DNA from: an uncultured Gemmatimonadales bacterium
GTDB taxonomy: Bacteria > Gemmatimonadota > Gemmatimonadetes > Gemmatimonadales > Gemmatimonadaceae
Length of the DNA stretch: 64,000 nucleotides
Direction: 5' to 3'
NCBI GenBank assembly: GCA_963850905.1
Contig: CAWKMU010000004.1
Location: 160,001-224,000 of the forward strand
Position 1 is the first letter of the stretch. Each line of letters opens with the position of its first letter. The position numbers were made by a program, and so were the translations under genes. The notes under the pieces were generated by a model, which saw nothing but the letters and a program-made list of their open reading frames with translations, was not told the origin of the DNA and made no database searches. Shown piece by piece: positions 28,833 to 39,957 of the stretch.

Positions 28833-30722
28833 TTACAGTGCCGCCGCCGGCTCGCCAACTTGCAGCCGATACAAGTGCTCATAAGCGCCGCCAAGCGCAA
28901 GAAGCTCGCGGTGGGTGCCGCGCTCTCGGACCTCGCCGTGCTGCATGACGAGAATCTCGTCGGCGTCGACAATGGTGCTGAGGCGATGGGCAACGGCGAT
29001 CGTCGTCCGTCCCTCCATCAAGGTCCGCAAGGCGGTCTGAATCTCGGCTTCGATCTCGCTGTCGATGGCACTGGTCGCCTCGTCGAGAATCAAGAGCGAA
29101 GGGTTGGCAGCGATGGCACGCGCAAACGCGAGCAACTGACGCTCGCCGACGCTGATCGACGCACCCCGCTCGCCCAGCAAGTACCGGTATCCCCCAGGTA
29201 GGCGTTCGACGATCGGGCCGGCGCCGACACGCTCAGCGGCACGCGCGACGTCGGCATCTGACAGCGGGCTGGAGAGCCGGATGTTGCTCGCCACATCGCC
29301 CGCGAACAGAAAGATGTCCTGCTGCACGTAGCCAATCCGGCCACGAAGGTCCGAGAGCGAGAGCTCCCGGATGTCCACACCGTCGAGCGTGATTCGCCCA
29401 CGTTGCGGATCGTAGAATCGCATCAAGAGGCTCACAACCGTCGTCTTGCCTGCGCCCGTATGGCCAACGAGCGCGACGGTCTCACCGGGCGCTGCCCGGA
29501 AGCTCACCCCTTTGAGCACCCACTCCGGCTCGCCTGGCGTTTGGCCGTCAGCCGCGAGATGCGCGACGTCATATGCGAACCAGACATCCTCGAAGGCAAC
29601 GGTTACACCCCGCACTGCCCCACCGCCTCCGCGGTCGATTGTCATCGCGGGAGGGGCGCGACGCACCGCCGCGGTCCCGTCTGGCGGTGCCGATGCGTCG
29701 CCGGCCAAGCCTTCCGGCTCGTCCAACAGTCGAAACACGCGCTCCGACGCCGCCATCGCCTGCTGTAAGATGTTGTACTTGTCCGAAAGGTCCTGCAACG
29801 GTTGAAAAAACCGGCGTACGAGCAGCAGGAACGCGGCGACCGTGCCGACGGTGAGCGAACCGGCGGATGCGCGCGCCGCCCCGGTAACGAGCAGGCTGGC
29901 GAGGGCAATCGAGGTGAGGACTTCGATTGCCGGAAAGTACAGCGCGTAATACGTGATCGACTGGAGATTCGCGTCCAGGTGGGCACGATTGAGCGCGTCG
30001 AACCGGACGGCCTCGCTGTCCTCGCGCCCGAAGAGCTGCACGATGCGCACGCCCGTGAGTCGTTCCTGCAGGAACGCGTTGATCCGCGCGAGCCGAGTGC
30101 GGATATCGCGATAGGACCGGCGGACGTTGATGCGAAAGAGGTGCGACGTCAGAACGACCAGCGGAATCACTGCGAACGCAGCAAGCGCCAGCCGCCAGTC
30201 CATGACCACCATCAGCACCGCGATCGCCAGCAGCGTGAAAAGGTCTCCGAGCCCGGCGACGACTCCCGACGTGAACAACTCGTTCAATGCTTCGATGTCG
30301 GACGTGACGCGGGTCATCAGCCGGCCCACGGGATTGCGATCGAAGAACGCGATCGGGAGCCGCTGCAAGTGACCGAAGAGCTGGAGTCGGAGATCGCGGA
30401 TCACCCGCTGACCGAGCAAACTGGTCAGCATGGTTTCGCCATATTGGCATCCGAACTGGATCACCAAGGTCACCGCGAACAACTCGGCGGCGTGCGCGAT
30501 GGCCGCCCCATCGTGGGCTGGGAGCGCCACGTCGATCACGCGGCGGGTCAGGATTGGCGGGACGAGTTGTAGCCCGGCGTCGACAGACAACAAAGCCACG
30601 GCTGCGGCCACCAGCAGCCAATACGGGCGCACATACGTAGCGAGTCGCCGCGTCAGCCGCGCATCGTACGCTTTGCCCAGAACCTCTTCGTCGTGTATCC
30701 CGCCGCCGGGCCCATCAGCCAT
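28833..30722 (-). CDS. ABC exporter, fused TMD and NBD (MsbA/MdlB-like)
   Basis: TM domain; [40 protein letters not shown]. Confidence 0.93.
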   Translation of the reverse strand: MADGPGGGIHDEEVLGKAYDARLTRRLATYVRPYWLLVAAAVALLSVDAGLQLVPPILTRRVIDVALPAHDGAAIAHAAELFAVTLVIQFGCQYGETMLTSLLGQRVIRDLRLQLFGHLQRLPIAFFDRNPVGRLMTRVTSDIEALNELFTSGVVAGLGDLFTLLAIAVLMVVMDWRLALAAFAVIPLVVLTSHLFRINVRRSYRDIRTRLARINAFLQERLTGVRIVQLFGREDSEAVRFDALNRAHLDANLQSITYYALYFPAIEVLTSIALASLLVTGAARASAGSLTVGTVAAFLLLVRRFFQPLQDLSDKYNILQQAMAASERVFRLLDEPEGLAGDASAPPDGTAAVRRAPPAMTIDRGGGGAVRGVTVAFEDVWFAYDVAHLAADGQTPGEPEWVLKGVSFRAAPGETVALVGHTGAGKTTVVSLLMRFYDPQRGRITLDGVDIRELSLSDLRGRIGYVQQDIFLFAGDVASNIRLSSPLSDADVARAAERVGAGPIVERLPGGYRYLLGERGASISVGERQLLAFARAIAANPSLLILDEATSAIDSEIEAEIQTALRTLMEGRTTIAVAHRLSTIVDADEILVMQHGEVRERGTHRELLALGGAYEHLYRLQVGEPAAAL

Positions 30723-30840
30723 GTAGGGCGAAGGCTAACGCCCGCGAAACCACCACGGGAGGGACGCGTTTCTTGACGTGGATTTCGCGCGCGGCCATCC
30801 TCCTCGCCGCAGCAACTCGCTTCACCAAGGGACGTGCCTC

Positions 30841-31173
30841 GTGCCATTGTGGCTCCGCTGGATTGTGCTCGGGCTGCTCGCCGGAGGACTCGCCAAGTAT
30901 CTCATGCCCGGACGGGACCCGTCCGGTTGCATCGTGACGACCGCGCTTGGGATCCTCGGCGCGCTCATCGGCGGCCTGATTGGCACCCGACTGGGGCGGG
31001 GGCCGGTGACGGCCGAACGATTCGATGTGTGGTCGCTCGCCCTCGCGACCCTCGGCGCCGTCGTCATCCTGGTGATCGGCCGTCTCGTGAAACGCTTCAC
31101 GGCACGGTCGCGCCGCGGCACATCGTATTCCGGCTGGAGCGACGATCGATCTGACCGGTCCCCACCCGGCTAG
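30841..31173 (+). CDS. GlsB/YeaQ/YmgE (transglycosylase-associated) membrane protein
   Basis: [46 protein letters not shown]17-CATCCT promoter at 30774-30802. Confidence 0.88.
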   Translation: MPLWLRWIVLGLLAGGLAKYLMPGRDPSGCIVTTALGILGALIGGLIGTRLGRGPVTAERFDVWSLALATLGAVVILVIGRLVKRFTARSRRGTSYSGWSDDRSDRSPPG

Positions 31174-31183
31174 CTTTCGATCT

Positions 31184-34106
31184 GTGAAGGACCGGTTGAT
31201 CGTCCGCGGCGCGCGCCAGCACAACTTGAAGAACTTCGACCTCGAGATTCCGCGACGGACGTTCACGGTCATCACGGGTCCGTCGGGCTCCGGGAAGTCG
31301 TCGCTGGCGTTCGACACGATTTACGCCGAGGGCCAGCGACGCTATGTGGAATCGCTGTCCGCCTATGCGCGGCAGTTCCTCGAGCGGATGGAAAAGCCCG
31401 ACGTCGACGCGGTCGAGGGCCTCTCACCCGCCGTGGCGATCGAACAAAAAAATCCCACGAAAACGTCACGCTCGACTGTCGGGACGGCCACCGAGATCTA
31501 CGATTATCTGCGTCTCCTCTGGAGTCGCATCGGTCACACGTTCTGTCCGCTGTGCGGCCGGCAGATGCGCCCGGACACGGTCCAGTCGGTGACCGACGCC
31601 GTGCTCGCGCTCCCCGACAACACTCGGATCGCCGTCGCCTTTCCGCTACACCTGTCCGCGGCCGTCACTCATGAGCTAGCAGTCGAGAACCTCAACGCGC
31701 AGGGGTTCGTGCGGGTGAGCGTGGGCGGCGTGATCCGATCGCTCGAAGATCTGGCAGGGGCCGGCGTCGATCTCGCTGCCGTCCCCGACCCGCTCGTCGT
31801 GGTCGACCGGTTGACCATCCACCCCGATATCGGCGGGCGTCTCGCGGATGCGATTGGCACGGCGTTCCGGGAGGGTGACGGCGACTGCGTGATCTTGTTG
31901 CCTGAACCGCTCGAGGTCGACGGCCGCACCACGGGCCGTCTCAACTTCACGGAACGCTTCGAGTGCCCCAACGATGGCACGCGGGCACCGAGCCCCACGC
32001 CGCAGCTCTTCTCGTTCAACAGCCCCCGGGGCGCGTGCCCGACGTGTAATGGGTTCGGCGCCACGCTCGAGTACGATGAGCATCTCATTGTGCCGTACCC
32101 GGACCGATCCCTCCGCGACGGCGCGATCGATCCCTGGACGAAACCTCGATACGACAAGCAGCGCCGAACGCTCGCGGATTTCGCCCGGCGGGAGGGCATT
32201 CCCTTCGACGTGCCCTGGTCGGACCTGTCCGCAGCGCAGCGGCAGCGGCTGCTCACAGCGACTGGACGCGCCTACACCGGCATCCTCCCCTTCCTCCAAC
32301 GGCTGGAGGACAAACGCTACAAGCAGTACATCCGCGTCTTTCTGCGGCAATACCAATCCGCGAACACGTGTCCGACGTGCCACGGCAGCAAGCTGTGTCC
32401 GGAGGCGCTGCAGGTACGGATCGCGGGTCGCACGATCGCCGACGTCGCTGAGCTCCCCATCGAACAGCTGCTGGAATGGCTCGAGACGGTGCAGCTCTCG
32501 CCGTTCGAGCTCGGTGTCGCGCAACACGTCCTGGAGGAAGCCCGCGCGCGTGTGCAATTCCTCTGCGATGTCGGACTGACATACCTGTCGTTGCATCGCT
32601 CCGCACGCTCACTCTCCGGCGGTGAAGCGCAGCGTATCGCCCTGGCCAACTCCCTCGGCGCCAAGCTCGTGGACACGCTCTACGTGCTCGATGAGCCCTC
32701 GATCGGCCTGCACCCGCGCGATATGGATCGTCTGCTCGCTCTGTTGCGGCGCCTGCGAGAGTCGGGCAACACGGTGCTCGTGGTGGAACACGACCCGCAG
32801 GCCATCCGCCAGGCGGACTTCATGATCGAGCTGGGCCCGGGGAGCGGCGCCAATGGCGGCTACGTGGTCTTCAGCGGACCCATTGCCCGGATCGCGGAGA
32901 GCCCCCTGACTGGCCAGTATCTCTCAGGTGTGCGGGAGATCCCGGTGCCGGCTGAGCGCCGACTGGCTGGGCCACGCTGGCTCCGGCTGCGCGGGCGCCC
33001 GGGCGCACAATCTCAAGGGAATCGATGTCTTGATCCCGCTTGGCACACTGACGGTGGTGACCGGAGTGTCGGGATCGGGCAAGAGCACGCTGGTCCATGA
33101 TGTATTGTATCGCGCCCTCGAGACGCATTTGCGTGGTGAGCATACCGCGAAGCAGCATCTCGGCGAACGGGTGGGCGACTATGATGAGCTGACGGGCGTC
33201 GATTCGCTGGACGATGTGGTGCTGATCGACCAGTCGCCGATCGGGCGATCACCACGCTCGAATCCCGTTACGTACGTGAAGGCCTTCGACGAGCTGCGCC
33301 GCCTGCTCGCCGCTACACCGCTTGCCAGACAGCGCGGCTACACGAGTGGGACGTTCAGCTTCAACGTGCCGGGTGGCCGCTGCGACGCGTGCGAGGGGGC
33401 TGGATACACGGAGATCGAGATGGTCTTCATGGCCGACGTGTTCGTGCCGTGCGAGATCTGCGCCGGCACGCGGTTCAAGCCAGAGGTCCTCGAGGTCACG
33501 CTGCGCGGTCTGAACGTGGCACAACTGCTCGAGCTCACGGTCGACGAGGCCATTCGATTGTTCCCGCTGGAAGAGCGCCTGACGTCGCTCCTGTGGCAGC
33601 TGCAGCGGGTGGGCCTGGGGTACCTGCGATTGGGCCAGCCGGCGACGACGTTGTCGGGCGGCGAAGCCCAGCGCATCAAGATCGCGCGCGAGCTCGCACA
33701 GGCGAGCCGTACGCATGGCCGGAAGCTCTACATCATGGACGAGCCGACGACCGGGCTACACCTCGAGGACATCCGCAAGCTCGCCGACGTCCTCGACCGT
33801 CTCGTCGATCAAGGACATACGGTCGTGCTCATCGAGCACAACCTCGACGTGATCAAGCTCGCCGACTGGATCATCGACCTGGGCCCGGACGCGGGTGACG
33901 CTGGCGGTCGCGTCGTCGCCATGGGGCCACCCGAAACGGTGGCAAATGTGGCTGGGTCCTACACTGGCGAGTGGCTCCGACCGCTGCTCCGCCTGGATGA
34001 ATCTCAGGCGAGGACGGATGTGCCGCGGGTGCCCCGGCGCGCTCACGCCCCCTTGGCCGCAGCGACGGCCAATGGTTTGCTTGACCCGCGTTCGGGCGCG
34101 ACCTAG
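31184..34106 (+). CDS. uvrA: Excinuclease ABC subunit UvrA; +1 frameshift near 32993
   Basis: [41 protein letters not shown]; second ATPase [26 protein letters not shown] in the next frame. Confidence 0.95.
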
Positions 34107-34109
34107 GTT
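34081..34109 (+). promoter_or_regulatory. Sigma-70 promoter of tRNA-Asn
   Basis: TTGACC-N17-TAGGTT ending 10 nt before the tRNA. Confidence 0.65.
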
Positions 34110-34119
34110 TTTAGGTTCT

Positions 34120-34192
34120 TCCCGAGTAGCTCAGTTGGTAGAGCAGGCGGCTGTTAACCGCCGGGTCGGGGGTTCGAGTCCCTCCTCGGGAG
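34120..34192 (+). tRNA. tRNA-Asn(GTT), CCA not encoded
   Basis: Acceptor TCCCGAG/CTCGGGA, D arm GCTC-AGTTGGTA-GAGC, anticodon arm GGCGG-CTGTTAA-CCGCC, T loop TTCGAGT. Confidence 0.97.
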
Positions 34193-34222
34193 TTGTGCGA
34201 GAGTAGCGACTGAAGTGCTGAT

Positions 34223-34265
34223 CCTACAGGGGTTCCTTGCCGTCCGGGGACCCCTCTCTCGTAGG
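34223..34265. terminator. Hairpin between tRNA-Asn and the convergent gene
   Basis: CCTAC-AGGGGTTCC..GGGGACCCCT..GTAGG. Confidence 0.5.
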
Positions 34266-34278
34266 CGTCGGCGCCGGG

Positions 34279-34920
34279 TCAGCGCTTGAGGAACTTGAAA
34301 TGCGTCACATTAGGCGCGGCGACGGTCTCCACGAGCTCGAGACCGCACAGGTCGTTCACACCCTCGAAGAGCCGGTCACCGCCGCCGAGGAGCACGGGGA
34401 CCTGGTGGATGCGCATCTCGTCCACGCGACCGGCCTTGAGATATTGCTGGCAGGTCTTGGCGCCGCCGGCGAGCGCGATGTCCTTGCCCTCCGCAGCGCG
34501 GCGCGCCTGCTCGAGCGCGGACTCGATCCCGTTCGTCACGAAGTGGAAGGTCGTGTCGCCCTCCATCGTGAGCGGCGCGCGCTCGTGGTGCGTGAGCACG
34601 AAAACCGGATGATGGAAGGGCGGGTTCTCCCCCCACCAGCCCCGCCACGGCTTTCTGGCGTCCCATCCGCTAGGCTGACCACCGAACATGTTGCGCCCCA
34701 TGATCGTCGCGCCAATGTTCGCGATCTCGGCGTCGACCACCCCCGAGCTCTCGTTGTCCTTGCCCCCAGCCAGACCATGCCGGGTCCTCCAGACGCGAAG
34801 GGCAACGACCCATTCATGGAGCCGTGCGCCACCGACGCCAAGCGGTTCCTTCAGGCTCTGGTTGGGTCCGGAAGTGTAGCCATCGAACGACATCGAGATT
34901 CGCAGGCGCAGCGTTGACAC
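34279..34920 (-). CDS. Dihydrofolate reductase-like (RibD C-terminal domain) protein
   Basis: ISMSFDGY, IMGRNMFGG, WWGENPPFHHPVFVLTH, LAGGA, VPVLLGGG.RLF. Confidence 0.92.
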   Translation of the reverse strand: MSTLRLRISMSFDGYTSGPNQSLKEPLGVGGARLHEWVVALRVWRTRHGLAGGKDNESSGVVDAEIANIGATIMGRNMFGGQPSGWDARKPWRGWWGENPPFHHPVFVLTHHERAPLTMEGDTTFHFVTNGIESALEQARRAAEGKDIALAGGAKTCQQYLKAGRVDEMRIHQVPVLLGGGDRLFEGVNDLCGLELVETVAAPNVTHFKFLKR

Positions 34921-35104
34921 GTCAGGTCTCCAGGAAATGGTCGCGCCCCCCAGCCGCACCGACCGTGCCGCTCGACGGCGGCAAAGCCCGGCACTACGCC
35001 TTCGCGCGCGAGTGCACCGCATCGCTGCCGGTGGCGGTCATCTCCCCGACCGGTCATGTTTCCCCTGTGAACACATCGCTCGACTTGGTCAGGCTCGCCA
35101 GCAC

Positions 35105-35677
35105 GTGACTCCAGGTCGCCCAAGCCGCAGTACCAGTCCAGCGGGTCGTACGCGAGCGCCTGCCGCGTCCGCGGCTCCATCCGCCGTACGAGTGGGCGTC
35201 GTCATGGGGAGCCAGAGCGACTATCAACACCTCGGCGTCGCGTGCGATCTGCTGCGCGACCTGTCGGTCCCGTTCGAAGCGCGCGTCGTGTCGGCGCACC
35301 GCACACCGGACTGGCTCTTCCAGTATGCCGAGACCGCGGCGAGCCGCGGCTTGCACATTATCATTGCCGGTGCGGGAGGCGCCGCCCATCTCCCGGGCAT
35401 GATCGCAGCGAAGACTCTCGTGCCGGTCCTTGGCGTGCCGGTGCCTGCCACCCAGCTCAATGGGCTGGATGCGTTGCTCTCGATTGTGCAGATGCCCAAA
35501 GGCGTGCCGGTCGGTACGCTCGCGATCGGTGCGAGCGGCGCGGCAAACGCCGCTCTCTTCGCTGCGGAAATCCTGGCCCTCCACGACGCGTCCCTGCGCC
35601 AACGGCTGCAAGCCTGGCGCGACGCACGCCGCGACGAAGTCCTTGCCCAAACGCTGCCACCCGCGTCCTCGCGCTGA
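35105..35677 (+). CDS. purE: N5-CAIR mutase PurE (start approximate)
   Basis: VGVVMGSQSD, VSAHRTPD, AGAGGAAHLPGM, SIVQMPKGVPV. Confidence 0.95.
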   Translation: MTPGRPSRSTSPAGRTRAPAASAAPSAVRVGVVMGSQSDYQHLGVACDLLRDLSVPFEARVVSAHRTPDWLFQYAETAASRGLHIIIAGAGGAAHLPGMIAAKTLVPVLGVPVPATQLNGLDALLSIVQMPKGVPVGTLAIGASGAANAALFAAEILALHDASLRQRLQAWRDARRDEVLAQTLPPASSR

Positions 35678-35743
35678 CCCCGCAGTGCGCCGAGACCGCT
35701 CGGCGCTCGGGACGCGACAGTCGCGGCGCATACGAACCGCGCC

Positions 35744-36913
35744 GTGAGTCATCGCCCGATCGTTCCTGGTGCTACGATCGGCTTTCTCGGCGGCGGCCAG
35801 CTCGGACGCATGGCGGCGCTGGCCGCGCGAGAGATGGGCTACGACGTGCGCGTGTTCGACCCGGATCCAGCGTGCCCTGCATGCGCGGTGGCGACCAGCG
35901 TCGTGACCGGACACTTCGACGATGTCGACGCAATGACGCAGTTGGCGCGGGACTCGGACGTCGTGACCATCGAGATCGAGCGAGTCGCGGTTGCCGGCCT
36001 CGCCGCCGCCGCCGCGTTTGCCCCCGTGCGCCCGGATGCGGCAGTGCTCGAGATCGTGCAGCATCGCGAGCGACAGAAGAATTGGCTCGTCGCTCACGGA
36101 TTTCCCGTTGGCCCCTTCCTCGCCGTCGGTAGCGCCGCGGAATGCAAGCGCGCAGTCGACGCGTTCGGCCCGTCCTACATCAAGGCGTCGACCGGTGGCT
36201 ACGATGGACGGGGCCAGGTCCGCGTCCATCGCGCGGCCGAGTGCGCAGCGGCATGGCAGGCACTGCGCGCCGAACGGTGTGTCGTCGAGCGTGCACTCGA
36301 TCTCGAAGCCGAGATTTCCGTCATGGTCGCCCGTCGCCCGTCGGGCCAATCGGCGAGCTTTCCGGTCGCCCTCAACCACCACGACGCCGGTCAGCTGGCC
36401 TGGTCGGTCATCCCCGCGCCGATCGACGCCGCGGTGGCGGGCGTAGCGCGCGAGATGGGGACGGCCATCGCAGACGCCTTGCAGGTCGTCGGCCTTCTGG
36501 CGATCGAGATGTTCGTGCTTGCGTCGGGCGAGGTTCTCATCAACGAGTTGGCACCGCGACCACACAACAGCTTCCACCACACGATCGAAGGCTGCGTCAC
36601 GAGCCAGTTCGAGCAGCTGATTCGCGCAGTGTGCGATCTGCCGCTGGGCGCAACCGACGTCGTGCGACCCGCCGCGATCGCCAATATCCTGGGTGATGCG
36701 TGGTCACATCCGGACGGCCCGGACTTCACAGCCGCGCTCGCCGTCCCTGCAACGAGGATCCACCTCTACGGCAAGCGCGACCCGCGGCCCGCCCGGAAGA
36801 TGGGCCACCTGGCAGCCGTAGCGGACACGCCGCTCGAGGCGAGGGCCCGCGCCCTGGAGGCGCTCGGTAGACTGAAGAGGATCGGGACGGGCGCTTCGCG
36901 CCCGAGAGAGTAG
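35744..36913 (+). CDS. purK: N5-CAIR synthetase PurK
   Basis: LGGGQLGRM, GGYDGRGQ, INELAPRPHNSFH, SQFEQ, HLYGK..RKMGH. Confidence 0.96.
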   Translation: MSHRPIVPGATIGFLGGGQLGRMAALAAREMGYDVRVFDPDPACPACAVATSVVTGHFDDVDAMTQLARDSDVVTIEIERVAVAGLAAAAAFAPVRPDAAVLEIVQHRERQKNWLVAHGFPVGPFLAVGSAAECKRAVDAFGPSYIKASTGGYDGRGQVRVHRAAECAAAWQALRAERCVVERALDLEAEISVMVARRPSGQSASFPVALNHHDAGQLAWSVIPAPIDAAVAGVAREMGTAIADALQVVGLLAIEMFVLASGEVLINELAPRPHNSFHHTIEGCVTSQFEQLIRAVCDLPLGATDVVRPAAIANILGDAWSHPDGPDFTAALAVPATRIHLYGKRDPRPARKMGHLAAVADTPLEARARALEALGRLKRIGTGASRPRE

Positions 36914-36990
36914 CGGGGCAGTAGAAAGTAGACGGCGGCTTCGAGTCGTGGCTCCTGTCTACTCTCTACTTTCCGTGGGTCTACTTTCTC
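36905..36990. repeat. Heptamer-armed hairpin between convergent purK and uppS
   Basis: AGTAGAA AGTAGAC ... TCTACTC TCTACTT ... TCTACTT. Confidence 0.6.
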
Positions 36991-37008
36991 GGGCGCGCAG
37001 CGCCCGCC

Positions 37009-37743
37009 TCACCCCGCCGCGGCCGCCGACAACCCGCCGAACCGCCGCTCGCGCCGGTGAAATTCTGCGACCGCGCGCGACAACTCGCCCCCGTCGAACT
37101 CCGGCCACAAGCGGGGCGTGAAGTAGAGCTCGGCGTACGCGCACTCCCACAACAGGAAGTCGCTGAGACGCTGATCACCACCGGTGCGGACCAGCAAGTC
37201 GACGTCGCTCGCCGGCTGGCTGTGGTCGTGCGCGGCAAGCAACGAACTGAACTCGTCGCGCGTTGGCGGCCGCGGTCCTCGCCACGCATCGGCCGCGCGC
37301 AGAATCGCGTCGCGCGCCGAGTAGTCGATCGCCACCCGTAGCCACAGCCGCCGGCCGCCAGCGGTCGATTGCTCCGCCGCTTCGATCGCGTGGCGCAGGC
37401 CGGCCGGCAGCCGGTCGCGCCGTCCGATGATCGACAGCCGCACCCCGTTCGCCACGCAGCGATCGACCTCCGTCCCGATGCCGCGGCGCATGAGCCGGAG
37501 CAGCGCACTCACCTCGCTGCTGGGTCGGCTCCAGTTGTCGGAGGAGAAGGCATAGACAGTCAATGTCCCCACGCCAACGGCCGGTGCGGCTTCGACGGCT
37601 CGACGGAGTGCGGCCACGCCGGCGGCGTGGCCGGCAGAGCGCGGTCGCGCCCGGGCGGTCGCCCAGCGGCCGTTGCCGTCCATGATGACTGCGACATGCA
37701 AGCCCTGCGGCGCAGGCACCATCGGCGAAGTACTTTGCAGCAC
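37009..37743 (-). CDS. uppS: cis-prenyltransferase (UppS family), paralog outside the usual frr-uppS-cdsA context; start approximate
   Basis: HVAVIMDGNGRWA, GHAAG, TVYAFSSDNWSRP, DLLVRTGGDQRLSDFLLWECAYAEL, RERRFG. Confidence 0.92.
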   Translation of the reverse strand: MLQSTSPMVPAPQGLHVAVIMDGNGRWATARARPRSAGHAAGVAALRRAVEAAPAVGVGTLTVYAFSSDNWSRPSSEVSALLRLMRRGIGTEVDRCVANGVRLSIIGRRDRLPAGLRHAIEAAEQSTAGGRRLWLRVAIDYSARDAILRAADAWRGPRPPTRDEFSSLLAAHDHSQPASDVDLLVRTGGDQRLSDFLLWECAYAELYFTPRLWPEFDGGELSRAVAEFHRRERRFGGLSAAAAG

Positions 37744-37748
37744 GAAGT
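37732..37748. promoter_or_regulatory. Imperfect palindrome over the uppS start, candidate operator
   Basis: ACTTTG-CAGCA-CGAAGT. Confidence 0.45.
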
Positions 37749-37776
37749 CAGTCTCCAAAAAAAAGTGGGCGTGGCG

Positions 37777-38169
37777 CTAGCGTTCGCGGGTCGCCTGAAT
37801 GAGGGCCTCCATGTGCTCCAGGTACCGCTCGAGCGCCCGGCGGCCGGAGGCCGTGAGCCGGTACTCCGTCCGCGGCACCCGACCGGCGAACGTCTTCGAG
37901 CACGCGATGTAACCGGCCTCTTCGAGCCGCCGCGCGTGCACGCTGAGGTTCCCGTCGGTCGCGCGCACGAGTTGCTTCAGCTCATTGAACGTGAGCGCGG
38001 TATTGACCGCCAGAGCACTCACGATCCCGAGACGCAGCCGCTCATGAATGATGCGGTCGAGCGAGGACGACGCCCGCGCCGCCGCACGACCGCCGACACG
38101 CCCGGTCATCGGCCGCGCATCCCCCGCATCTCGATCGCGATGCCTGGCGACTCCTGAAGTCTTAGCCAC
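37777..38169 (-). CDS. Winged-helix transcriptional regulator (ArsR/MarR-like)
   Basis: LDRIIHERLRLGIVSAL, LTFNELK, TDGNLSVHARRLEEAGYI, PRTEYRLT..GR. Confidence 0.92.
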   Translation of the reverse strand: MAKTSGVARHRDRDAGDARPMTGRVGGRAAARASSSLDRIIHERLRLGIVSALAVNTALTFNELKQLVRATDGNLSVHARRLEEAGYIACSKTFAGRVPRTEYRLTASGRRALERYLEHMEALIQATRER

Positions 38170-38785
38170 CGTACCTCCGCGCAATAGCGATTCCAAATCC
38201 AATGTGGAGCAACCCAAAGCCCAGACCCAGCTCCAACCAACCCCACGCTGGCGGCACCACTAGGGAGACGGCGCCGAGGGCCATAAAGCAAAGTCCCATC
38301 ACCGGGACGATCGGTACCGAGAATGTACCCCCGCAAACGACGGCGGTGCCATAGAGCAACAACCACACCGCGGGCAACACGCCGTCCAGGCCTGCGCGGT
38401 AGAGTGCCCATGTGAGCAACGCGCCGACGACGATCGGCGGCGCGAACCCGAGCGCAAACTTGCGAGCCGGTCCGCTCAAGAGCGGCGTGCGAGAGGCCCG
38501 AGCTTTGTGGACGATGGCGGAGCCTCCGACCGCGGCGCCGAGCACCGCCGCGGCCAGCCACATCGCGAGCCACTCATTGCGCGAGCGTTGCACCGACGCA
38601 GCAGCCGCCGCACCGATCGCGAGCATCCCCATGGCAACCATGCCGCGGCCCGAGATCGCCGTGAATGCGCTCGCCCGCTCCATCGTGTCCCGGATGAACT
38701 GCAGGTTGTCGAGCGCCCGAACGTGCAACGGTCGCGTCACCGATTCGGTGTCGACGGACGGAGGTGAGAGGCGCTCCAGGGACAC
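38162..38785 (-). CDS. Conserved-looking membrane protein upstream of the winged-helix regulator
   Basis: RALDNLQFIRDTMERASAFTAISG then about 6 TM, WLLLYG, FGLLHIGFG; GTG 38785 preceded by TAACTT-N7. Confidence 0.85.
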   Translation of the reverse strand: MSLERLSPPSVDTESVTRPLHVRALDNLQFIRDTMERASAFTAISGRGMVAMGMLAIGAAAAASVQRSRNEWLAMWLAAAVLGAAVGGSAIVHKARASRTPLLSGPARKFALGFAPPIVVGALLTWALYRAGLDGVLPAVWLLLYGTAVVCGGTFSVPIVPVMGLCFMALGAVSLVVPPAWGWLELGLGFGLLHIGFGIAIARRYGG

Positions 38786-38841
38786 GCAGCGCAAGTTACT
38801 GTCGCCCTCACGAACCGCTATGGCCATCGACATATTTCGTT

Positions 38842-39957
38842 GTGCCACCGTCCGACATCGCCCCGTTGGCGGGCCACCACGGCCTGCGGACGCGCCTCGT
38901 CCGAGCCGTTGATCGCGGGTCCCTCCCGGGGAGCCTCCTGTTCCACGGCCCTCCGGGAGTCGGCAAGCAGCGGCTCGCGTTGTGGCTCGCGCAACGCCTG
39001 CTGTGCACCGGCGCGCCGTCTGGCGGACAGAGCAGGCCCGTCGAGCCTTGTGGCGGCTGCCCGGCCTGTCGGTTCTCGACGCCGCTGCTCCACCCCGATC
39101 TTCACTGGGTCTTCCCGAGACCCCGCAGTAAAGACCCCGACATGGCGCCGGCGGACGTTCGTCGCGAATACGCCGAGGCGATAGCCGAACGAGTACGCGG
39201 TCACCTGTTGTATGGTCCGGCCGACGGCGCCGACGCGATCTACGTTGCCACCGTTCGCGCGCTCGTCCATGCCGCAGCGCTCACCCCTGCGATGGGTTCT
39301 CGCAAGGTCATCGTGGTAGGGAACGCCGAGCGCATGGTGCCGCAGGAAGGCGCCGACGCCGCGGCAAACGCGTTTCTCAAGATGCTCGAGGAGCCGACGC
39401 CGGATCTCACGATCATTCTGACATCGAGCGCCCCGGGCGCACTGCTGCCGACGATTCGATCGCGCGTCGTCGCCGTGCGTGTGCCGCGCCTTCCAGAGCA
39501 AGACGTGACAACCTGGGTGCGCGACAAATGGGTTCGCGCCGCCCTGGACAGTGCAGGCATGAAGGGCGCCGACGAGGAGCGGGCCCGTCGCGCCGCGGGC
39601 GCCCCGGGGACGTTGCTGGGCGCAGCCGAGTCCGGCGCCGCCGCGACCACGGCTCGAGCGCTAGTTGACGCGGCTACCCGCCGCCAACGTGCCCTCCAAT
39701 ACGCCACTGCCCTGCGCCAGGGGTCGGCGGGCGCACGAGGGGCCTTCGCTGACGCCCTGAATGGGCTGACCGCGGTGCTCCACGCACAACTCCGCTCAGC
39801 CGTCGATCGGCAAGACGTCGCGCTGGCCCGTGCGACGTGCCTGGCCATTGCGGATGTCGAAAGCGCGAAGCTGCGGACGGATGGGAATGCCAATCCCCAG
39901 CTCGTCACCGGACAGCTGGTGAGGAGTATGGCGACCGCATTCGGGGCCCAGCCATGA
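38842..39957 (+). CDS. holB: DNA polymerase III subunit delta'
   Basis: LLFHGPPGVGK, PCGGCPAC, HPDLH, AANAFLKMLEEP, LLPTIRSR. Confidence 0.9.
   Translation: MPPSDIAPLAGHHGLRTRLVRAVDRGSLPGSLLFHGPPGVGKQRLALWLAQRLLCTGAPSGGQSRPVEPCGGCPACRFSTPLLHPDLHWVFPRPRSKDPDMAPADVRREYAEAIAERVRGHLLYGPADGADAIYVATVRALVHAAALTPAMGSRKVIVVGNAERMVPQEGADAAANAFLKMLEEPTPDLTIILTSSAPGALLPTIRSRVVAVRVPRLPEQDVTTWVRDKWVRAALDSAGMKGADEERARRAAGAPGTLLGAAESGAAATTARALVDAATRRQRALQYATALRQGSAGARGAFADALNGLTAVLHAQLRSAVDRQDVALARATCLAIADVESAKLRTDGNANPQLVTGQLVRSMATAFGAQP

Noticed and set aside
31184..34106. uvrA as a pseudogene or two-subunit UvrA
   Set aside because: A single extra G restores one intact gene; same error pattern as four other genes
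34120..34920. Genomic island integrated at tRNA-Asn
   Set aside because: No integrase and no duplicated tRNA 3' end noticed; purEK follows after a single gene
37756..37764. Poly-A tract near the uppS start as a phase-variation switch
   Set aside because: Short run that probably lies outside the CDS, and homopolymer lengths are unreliable in this assembly
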